This document shows, in pieces, positions 54,683-64,000 of a stretch of DNA of 64,000 bases. The notes beneath the pieces were generated by a model. The model was given only the letters and a program-made list of their open reading frames with translations. It did not search any database and was not told where the DNA came from. The position numbers and the translations under genes are program-made. Each line of letters begins with the position of its first letter. The stretch's first letter is position 1. The DNA is from Eledone cirrhosa (lineage: Eukaryota), in contig OZ024743.1 of NCBI GenBank assembly GCA_964016885.1, positions 258,106,001 through 258,170,000 of the forward strand, read 5' to 3'.

Positions 54683-56141
54683 CCAGGAAGTAATCTCCTG
54701 GTTCAGCAATATGGAGGATAAACGAGACACTAAATTCATACAGTTCGACATAGAGAGCTACTATGCTTCAATCACCTTACCGCTACTTACTGCCGCCTTG
54801 GACTTCGCCGAAACACTTGTGCCCATCACCGACCAGGAAAGAAAAATCATCCTCCACGCCAGGAAGACAGTCTTACTCTTTGACGACTCTAAATGGATAA
54901 AAAGAGCTCCCGACTCACCCTTCGACGTCAGCATGGGCGCCACGGATTCGGCGGAGGTCACAGATCTTATAGGATTATTCCTAATAGCCAAACTCACTGA
55001 TATGTTTCCTGCATTCGGTGATGGATTGTACCGTGATGATGGGCTCCTTACCCTTAAAGGGTACAACCCCAGTAGTACAGATCGGGTCCGGAAACAATTA
55101 ATCAGATTCTTCCGCGACTGGGGATTTAAAATAACCCTACAAACGTCCCTGACCCGAGTAAACTTCCTGGACGTGACCCTCGACCTCGAAAACGACCTGT
55201 ACTACCCATACAGGAAACCTAATGACAATCTGCACTACATCCACCGCCGATCAAACCATCCTAGAAACATCACAAACAACCTGGTCAAAAACATCTCCCT
55301 CCGCATATCCCGTTTGTCAGCTAATGAGCGGATATTCGATGAACATGCGCCTTATTACAACCAGGCCCTCAAGCGGAGTGGTTTCCGGGAGGAAATATCC
55401 TACTGTCCAGCTCCCATTAGCGGAACCAGCAGGAGACACCGCCGCTCACGCAATGTAACATGGTTCAATCCTCCCCACAACGCAGAGGTGACAACTCCCA
55501 TCGGGAAACTATTCTTTAGGCTCATTGAAAAACACTTCCCATTACAACACCGCTACCACAACATAATTAACAAAAACACCATCAAACTCTCTTACAGCAC
55601 TACACCAAACTTCGCACAAAACATCGTCTCCTCTAACAACAAAAAACTCAACCCCGATGGCAGAAATAACCTAAATAGCAGTGGAGAACTGACCAGGAGG
55701 TGTAACTGCCCGGATAGATCCATTTGCCCACTCGACAATAGATGCAGAGACCGTAATGTGATCTACCAGTGCAACGTGAGGACGGATACCTCCAACAAAG
55801 CCTATATAGGACTTACCGCATGTGACTTCAAGACCCGACTATACCAACATAGACATACCTTCCGAAACCCGGCCCGGCGTCACGCCACTACACTTTCGGG
55901 CCACATATGGGACCTCAAGGACAACAACATCACCTATGATCTCACTTGGAGATTACTGTCCAGAGCCAATTCTTACACGGGAGGACGCCGTCCGTGCAAT
56001 TTATGCTCGGAGGAAACTTTACAAATGCTGTTTTCGACGGACCAACTCCTAAACAAGAAAGATGAACTGGTTACTGCATGTAGACATAGATTGCGTAGGA
56101 CTTACCTCGCCCTCAAACCCCATAATGACCCGGGGGGGTAG
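54683..56141 (+). pseudogene. 5'-truncated inverted copy of the PLE ORF
   Basis: Only about 4 amino-acid differences seen versus the minus-strand ORF; starts at the inversion junction. Confidence 0.9.
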
Positions 56142-57253
56142 ACTAGGGCTATAACACCCCACTTGCCGATTTTGCAATGGGTAACCCCTGCTTGCCAAGG
56201 GAGACGTAATATCTTCTTTGTATTCTTTTATCGCTTCCTTTATTTCCTTCCCCCCTCTCTCCTAAGTCCTTCTACCCCAGCTCTTCTCCTTTGTCGGCGT
56301 CTTTTCTCGCCCACCCGAGGCTGCCCTTTGGCCCCTTGTAGCCTTAGTACCCCCACCCCCTCCCCTAGTCTATGATAGATTTGGCGGACTCCGCCCTTTA
56401 TAGCAGTTGGTTTAGACCCCGGATACTTGTCCCCTTTTTCCGACCGCTCCCACTATTCTCTGTGCCCTCTATATTTCTTAGTGGCACTTATGCCTTATTT
56501 TTTCGTTTCAGTATTTCTTTCTTCGCTTTTCTTTTGGGCGGGGTGGATTCTGAATTTATTTTTTCCGTATTCTACCTTTACTTCGTACGAACTTTCATGT
56601 AGCTTGTTTTAGATCTTTTAGAGTTAGCATTAGTATATATTTTTCTCGGGACTCAGAATTATTATCTCGTACTATTTCACTTTGCTGCACTGGGTGGTTG
56701 CTGGCATTGTGCCCGGGATGGAAACCTTTATTGTTTATTTCGTGGTAGTCTCTTTAGTATTTTGGCCCCTTTTGTTGACCCGTCACTGTATCATTTACGT
56801 ACTTATACCTCTTAAAAGGGTCCTTGCCTATTTCGTCCCACCTAGTTCTTTTACTTATTTCGTTATTTCTTTATTTCTTTCTTTACTTCTTTCTTTCTTT
56901 ATTTATTTATTTATTCTAGCCTAACAATAGCTAGAGACCTAGGTCGTAGAATTTACTTTACTTTTTTCTTTACACTTATTTGCTTTTCTTCACTCTCAGT
57001 ATTTTTTCTTTCCTATATATTTCTACCCCCCATTGTTCTACCTACCGTTCCGACTTCCTCTCCCTCCCCCTCCCCTGTATCTTCTTTGACCTCATGTCCA
57101 GCTGTAGCTGGCACTACCAACGCTTGATTGGGTCTACTCCACCCCCTCCCCTCTTTCTCCTACTGGCAGGTTTAGCCACCATCTCCCCTACTAATTTGCA
57201 ACCACAGAATTACTACTGATTTTTGACAATCACTTTGACCATATATGGAATTA

Positions 57254-57345
57254 CCCCTTGAGAAGATCGGCTATTTAAATACCAGGATAAATTTTCATTT
57301 AGTCCAGAATTATCCGTCGAAACGGCTTGAGCTCAGCTGTCGGGG
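57254..57345 (+). ncRNA. Type I hammerhead ribozyme with U3-A8 core (copies 49706-49797 and 53251-53342, minus)
   Basis: CCCC-TTGAGAA-GATCGG...CCGTC-GAAA-CGGCTTGAGCTCAGCTG-TC-GGGG. Confidence 0.8.
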
Positions 57346-57358
57346 TCTTACTGGTTCC

Positions 57359-57395
<37 letters not shown>

Positions 57396-57424
57396 ATGTA
57401 TTTCTGTATATATATTTATATATA

Positions 57425-58325
57425 CGAGGTGTGTCAGAAAAGTTCCAGGACTGATGTCACAAAAGATTTATTTCAAGCCCAAACTTCACACTAAGGGATT
57501 TCTCCTTAAAAGTAATCCCCCTGGAGTATGTAACTGTAATCTTAGCTCTCTGCACTGATCAAACTTTTTTATTCATAATTTTATATACATGTCCTCTGTT
57601 TCAGGTCGTCAAGCAATGAGCACAGAGCAAAGAAAGAAACTTGAAGTTTATGGTACGGTTGGGGAAAACTCCGCTGCAGCAAGTGTATGGAGATGAGATG
57701 ATGTCACACTCATGTGATTTTGAGTGGTACAAGAGGTATAAAAAAAGGACGCGAGGACGTGGAAGATGACCCGAGGAGCGGAAGGCCCTCAACAACCAGG
57801 ACTGAGGTCAACATTGAGCGCGTCAGCCAGATGGTGCATAGTGATCGTCGGCTGACTGTTCGACTGATGGCAAATGAGCTGGGCATGAATTGGGACAGCG
57901 TCTGGAATATTCTCACTGAATATTTTGACATGCGGAAAGTCTGCACGAAGATGGTGCCAAAACTGCTGAACGATGACGAGAAGGGTCGACGTATGAAAGT
58001 GTGCCAGGACACCCACCAGCATCTTGAAACTGAACCAGACTTGCTAGGGACAGTCATCACCGGTGATGAGTCATGGATCATCGAGTACAACCCGGAGGGG
58101 ACTCGTTTTGAAGACGTGGACGACATCAAAAAGGCCGTGACGACGTAACTGCGGAGGATCCCGGAACAATCCTTCCAGGAGTGCATGCAAGCGTGGCAGA
58201 AAAGGATGGAAAAGTGCAATAGACTCCAGGGGGATTACTTTGAAGGAGAAAACTCTTAGTGTGAAGTTTGGGTTTGAAATAAATCTTTTGTGACATCAGT
58301 CCTGGAACTTTTCTGACACACCTCG
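57425..58325 (+). mobile_element. Internally deleted mariner element, copy 2
   Basis: 103-bp TIRs (57425-57527/58223-58325), TA TSD, ITGDESW motif. Confidence 0.92.
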
Positions 58326-58476
<151 letters not shown>

Positions 58477-58660
58477 ATTGCATCTACATATATGAATGTA
58501 TATATATGTATGTATATATACATGTGTGTGTTTATATATATGTATGTGTGTGTATATATATATATAAATATATCATCATCATCATCATCATTTTACGTCC
58601 GCTTTTCCCTGCTTGCATATATATATATGTATGTATATATATGTGTATATATGTATATAA

Positions 58661-58714
<54 letters not shown>

Positions 58715-58717
<3 letters not shown>

Positions 58718-59137
58718 GAGGTTATATTTAATTTGGTGGGATTCAACAAGCTTAACGAATTGTTATAACTGATATAAAGCACTCAACAGTTTAGTGGAGT
58801 AAATACACAATATATTAATAAATGGAAACTATATTTATAAAACCATATTTATTTTATTATTCATATTTCAAGGGCAACCAAGCCAAATTATGGTGCGCTT
58901 TCATCAGATAAAACACAGATTTTTTTATAAATAAATATTGACATACCCGGAAAAAAAGACAACCTTGACGGTTGGAGCTTCCTGGATAGTCTTTTTTCCG
59001 GGTATGTCAATATTTATTTATAAAACAAATCTGTATTTTTTCTGATGAAAGCGCACCATAATTTGGCTTGGTTGCCCTTAAAATATGTATAATAAAATAA
59101 ATATGGTTTTATAAATATATTTTCCATATATTAATAT

Positions 59138-59142
<5 letters not shown>
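58715..59142. mobile_element. Fold-back of a family C relative with hammerheads
   Basis: Arms 58807-58960/58989-59142; CTGATGA at 59042 (+) and 58907 (-); extension 58715-58806. Confidence 0.8.
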
Positions 59143-59203
<61 letters not shown>

Positions 59204-59321
59204 TTGAAAAAAAAAATGAAAACGAAATTTCATTTCTCACTCTTAGTATGGCACTTACTTAAATGTAAGTATGTATGTATGTATACGTACATACATATAT
59301 GTATACAGACGTACAGTAGCA

Positions 59322-59419
<98 letters not shown>

Positions 59420-59576
59420 TACATACAGGTACACATACATATATGCACGCATCAGTTTAGCGGACGCTTATTATAACGCCACTTTGTTCGTTTGTAAACA
59501 AACTGAACAGCCTGAATTTATGCCATACGGTGTTAAGGCAACCACGTCACCTTTTTGTTCAACACTGACACAGGAA

Positions 59577-59617
59577 CGATGTACTAGTTTCAAGCTTGTT
59601 AGCTATCATCAGCACCG
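59577..59617 (-). ncRNA. Minimal type I hammerhead ribozyme, family E
   Basis: CGGTG-CTGATGA-T-AGCT/AGCT-T-GAAA-CTAG-TA-CATCG. Confidence 0.85.
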
Positions 59618-59856
59618 TATACCCATCTGCCAGATAGTTGAACGTTCGAAAGTATATACTTTCCTTATGAAAATTAACGGCTGAGCAGCCTAATTTGCAT
59701 ATTGAGTGAGTTAAATCGGTCAGGCATACCGAAAACGATAAGTTGAAAAAAAAAATGAAAACGAAATTTCATTTCTCACTCTTAGTATGACACTTACTTA
59801 AATGTAAGTATGTATGTATACGTACATACATATATGTATACAGACGTACAGTAGCA

Positions 59857-59904
<48 letters not shown>

Positions 59905-60105
59905 CAGGTAAACATACATATATGCACGCATCAGTTTAGCGGACGCTTATTATAACGCCGCTTTGTTCGTTTGTAAACAAACTGAACAGCCTGAATTTAT
60001 GGCATAAATTCAGGCTGTTCAGTTTGTTTACAAACGAACAAAGCGGCGTTATAATAAGCGTCCGCTAAACTGATGCGTGCATATATGTATGTGTACCTGT
60101 ATGTA

Positions 60106-60130
<25 letters not shown>

Positions 60131-60136
<6 letters not shown>

Positions 60137-60570
60137 TGGTAAACGGAATAGAAAATGCTGACAAATTGTTCACAGTTGAAAAAGGGTTTAATTAGGAATA
60201 AAAGAGTATTAGTGATTGTATGGGTTAGTATTCAGTTGTGGTTTTAAGTTTTTAAGTTTTTACCGGTTGCGCATTTCTAAATGCTTTTCAAAAATAATTT
60301 TGAGATAGAGTGTCCGTGCTGTTTGCTCTGATCAGATCAGAGCAAACAGCACGGACACTCTATCTCAAAATTATTTTTGAAAAGCATTTAGAAATGCGCA
60401 ACCGGTAAAAACTTAAAAACTTAAAACCACAACTGAATACTAACCCATACAATCACTAATACTCTTTTATTCCTAATTAAACCATTTTTCAACTGTGAAC
60501 AATTTGTCAGCATTTTCTATTCGGTTTACCAATATATAATAACTTGTGTGTTACACCTCTATTCTTTTAA

Positions 60571-60574
<4 letters not shown>
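60131..60574. mobile_element. ~407-bp palindrome (1-nt spacer at 60334) with right extension
   Basis: Arms 60131-60333/60335-60537; hammerhead-like motif 60374-60411. Confidence 0.8.
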
Positions 60575-60623
<49 letters not shown>

Positions 60624-60673
60624 TGCTACTGTACGTCTGTATACATATATGTATGTACGTATACATACATACT

Positions 60674-60741
<68 letters not shown>

Positions 60742-60855
60742 TTAGTTAAGCAAAACAAGACCACAAATTTCACAAGGAAGACGTTATTTAAAGAGTGTCA
60801 ACATAGTTGCAGTTTAATGTAAGGAATAAGGAGTGTAATTATAGTTTAATGTAAG

Positions 60856-60856
<1 letters not shown>

Positions 60857-60934
<78 letters not shown>

Positions 60935-60977
60935 AAGAAGAAGAAGAAGAAGAAGAAGAAGAAGAAGAAGAAGAATA
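60857..60977. repeat. (TAA)n(GAA)n compound microsatellite
   Basis: Directly visible. Confidence 0.98.
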
Positions 60978-62046
60978 AGGGAAGAAGACGCACGAGGTGA
61001 CGGAGGTCATGAAATCGCTCCCGTAAGTTTTGAATTTTTAACATATTTAAATCATTTGTGAAATAACAACTCTTAGTACAAATGCTACGTAAAGCACCCG
61101 GCTTGAGCCCCAAAAAATTCGGACCCAAAATATAATGTTATAAGGCTCAAATATTCAAATATTCAACTTTGTATTGTACACTGTATATCCAAAACAGAAA
61201 ATGGCTATAAATGGAAGAAGAAGAACCCCCCCCCTCCTCTCCTCTGGCTACACTATATAGGACAGCTAAACTCACCAACACCAGAAACTAGATACACCAC
61301 CCACCCCATCATCTGTGTACACTAAACACAACAGCCAGATAACGACATTTTCACCTTCACCGCCACCGCTCACTACGGCCATCATTACCACCACTATCCC
61401 ATCACCGCCGCCACCACCCCTTAACTCCTTCACTACTGCCACCGCTACAGTAATACGGTCACATCACCGCCACCACTGCCTCGGTATCGACATCACCACC
61501 ACCACTGTCTCAGTATCGCTACCGCCGCCAGTCTCCCACTTCCCCCTGCTGGCTGCTACTTCCACATTATAGAATTCCTACTACTAACAAAGAGGAAGGC
61601 ATCAAAATATATAGATAGACTCAAAAGAAAAAAGAAAAAACAAACAACAAAACCAAAGCAGCACAGCAACAACAGCAAAAACGAGAAAAACAAACAGAGA
61701 AAAACAAAAACAAAAAAAGAAACCCCAAAAACGTAAAGAAAATAAGAATGAAGAGAGAAGCAGGCGGACGGACAGAGAAGAGGGGGGAAAAAGTAAAACT
61801 TAAAAAACAAAAACTAAGTCAGACATTCGAACACTACATTACAATGAAACTTATGCTTATTCATTTTTGGGGCCCTTTCTGCCTGTGTGTTTGTTTGTTT
61901 ATGTGTGTTCGTATACAGCGTGGCGATAATGCCACACAAGGGCCAAGTGGGATGGCGGATCCACAGATGGCTATGTAACTATACATTCGCCAATCCTCGA
62001 TAAGAGTGTTTAAATATCGAACATAAACAGTTCGAATAACGGTGAA

Positions 62047-64000
62047 ATGGAGACTAGAACGTCATGTGACAGACTCTCACCCAACAGGTTCCCCCTGGCT
62101 CAGCAGCAGGAACCTGACTGTCAACCAAATACTGCTGATGTTGGAGGAAGAAGAAGGAAAGGGGCCAGAACCAACTGGACGAAAGAATTGAATAGAACTG
62201 TTATGCAATGCTACCTGAAAAGTAACCCCAAGGAGAGGGGCTACAGGAGACGGATGCATAACATCTGGAACGAGATTGGTTTATTTAAATTAGATAAACA
62301 AAAATTGGCCGGGCAGGCTCGGGTAATAAGAACTAATGGGTGGATAAGCGAGCTGGAACTGGAGGAACTGAGCAGAGAGAATCGCTTGGAGATGGCGGGT
62401 GTAGTATGCCAGACAAGCGAGCCGGTGGGAAATGAAGGTGAGGAGGTCCTGAGAACGGAGGAACCACCCGAAGCAGACAATGATCTGAATACTGAGATAA
62501 ATAATACCTGGAACAGAGATACGGCCACTGAGGAGATGAATACTGACGGGCTAGGACAAGATTCGGTTGACATCCTAAATTTAGTGGTAGATGAATTGAA
62601 CAATGATAGTGGGAGACCTATGAACCTAAGATTTGTAGACAGGAAAAAGTTAAAAGAAACAACAGCTAAGGTAAACAAAGTCATCCCATACCTTGAGACG
62701 AGGAGCCTTCACCAGTGCAACAATATCCTCAAAGCAACAGCAAATACGGTGAGGAAACTACTTGGTATAAAAGCGAGAGGAAACAACAGACAAGAAAGAG
62801 CAGAGCCGTGGTGGAAGAAGCGACTGAGTGGGCAAATCGGGGAAATGAGAAATGACATAGGAAAGCTTGAGTCACTACTGAATGGGACACTAAAAAACAT
62901 AGGCACTAAAAATAGACTGGAAATAAAATACAAAACTAGGAGTAAAAAGCTAAATATTATCATAGAGGAATTGAAGCAACGCATTGTAGCAAAGAGTGCA
63001 AAAATCAGGCGATACGAGAACAGAGTCAGTCAGTATAAACAGAACCGCATGTTCGACAACAACCAGAAGATGCTGTTTGGACAGCTTGAGGGGAAAGAAA
63101 GAGGCAACGACTTGATCCCTGGGGCGGAACAAACTAAAACATTCTGGAGAGGAATATGGGAGCAGGATGTTAGACACAATGCCCAGGCAGGGTGGATTGA
63201 GACAGTACAAAGGGAGATCGGTGAGCAGGCACAGCAACAGACTGATTTGAGTATCACAGTTGAAACTCTTAAGGGGCAAGCCAAAAAACTAACCAACTGG
63301 AAATCACCAGGCCCAGATGGTGTGCAGGGGTATTGGATTAAACATTTAACATCCCTCCACCCGAAGCTGACGGCCATGTTCAATGACTGCTTGGTGTCGG
63401 GTGAGGTGCCAGAGTGGTTGACAAAAGGTACCACAGTTCTGATAATGAAAGACCGAATCAAGGGTAATGATGTTACCAACTATAGACCTATCACATGTCT
63501 GCCCGTAATGTGGAAACTGTTGACGAGCATTGTGTCTGAGGAAATCTACCATCACCTCCACACAAACAACTTGTTACCGGACGAACAGAAAGGATGCCGA
63601 AAGAAGTCACGTGGTACAAAGGACCAGTTGCTTATTGATAAGATGGTAATGGGGAATTGCAGGAGGAGACACACTGATCTTGCCATGGGATGGATAGACT
63701 ACAGAAAGGCATTTGACATGGTGCCTCATTCCTGGATCACCAAAAGCCTGGAGATCTTCAGGGTGGCGGATAACATCAGACAGTTGCTAGGCAGGAGTAT
63801 GGGGTCCTGGGAGACAGAGTTGACATCAACTTCGGGAAAAGTGAGAAGGAGTTGGATGTGCTTGTTGACACTGTCCGTATTTTCAGCAGTGATATATGTA
63901 TGCAGTTTGGTATTGGTAAATGTGGAGTCATTGTGATGAAGAGGGGTAGGTTGAGCAGAAGTAACGGGATCCAGATACCAACAGGTGAGATGATAAAGGA
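62047..64000 (+). pseudogene. R4/Dong-clade non-LTR retrotransposon ORF, RT core deleted, runs off the window
   Basis: WTKELNRTVMQCY..GYRRRM..W N-terminal block, WKSPGPDGVQGYWIK, YRPITCL, EQKGC, GTKDQLLID, WIDYRKAFDMVPHSW; continues in another frame (FSSDICMQFGIGKC) after ~63830. Confidence 0.85.

Larger units (their letters stand above)
49611..57360. mobile_element. Young Penelope-like retroelement: partial tandem on minus (49611-54682) plus inverted 5'-truncated copy on plus (54683-57360)
   Basis: Direct repeat with 3545-nt offset (49612/53157); inverted arms 49691-52378/54683-57360; TA runs on both sides. Confidence 0.95.
59202..60680 (-). mobile_element. Family E non-coding unit (539-nt period) with fold-back at 60002
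   Basis: 59203 repeats at 59742; palindrome centre TTTATG-G-CATAAA; right arm interrupted by 60131-60574. Confidence 0.8.

Noticed and set aside
61868-61980. Structured GC-rich patch upstream of the R4-like ORF, possible HDV-like ribozyme
   Set aside because: Hairpins are visible but a nested double pseudoknot could not be assigned.

Overview
AT-rich animal genomic DNA made almost entirely of (TA)n microsatellites and transposable elements. No host gene exon could be supported. The repeat spectrum (RTE LINEs with (GAT)n tails, Nin-domain SINEs, dense TA tracts) suggests a coleoid cephalopod such as Octopus; this is inference. Recognisable elements: a young Penelope-like element (PLE) with an intact RT+GIY-YIG ORF in tandem plus inverted arrangement (49.6-57.4 kb); two decayed PLEs; a near full-length RTE LINE; a Ty3/gypsy element with an internal inversion; an R4/Dong-like LINE; CR1-like fragments; maT and mariner transposons; Helitron-like elements; SINEs; and a 19-bp minisatellite. 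Three things stand out. (1) An RTE fragment at 13.45-13.86 kb carries strand-specific A-to-G hypermutation and looks like an ADAR hyper-edited RNA copied back into DNA. (2) About a dozen fold-back (palindromic) insertions sit in (TA)n, most with hammerhead ribozymes (several with a U3-A8 core) and family-specific fixed short-arm and long-arm ends; they include non-coding, circularly permuted 428-540 nt retrozyme-like units. (3) The gypsy element has no tRNA PBS but has a 12-bp LTR/PBS complementarity suggesting self-priming. All alignments and counts were done by eye, so boundaries are approximate to a few bases.
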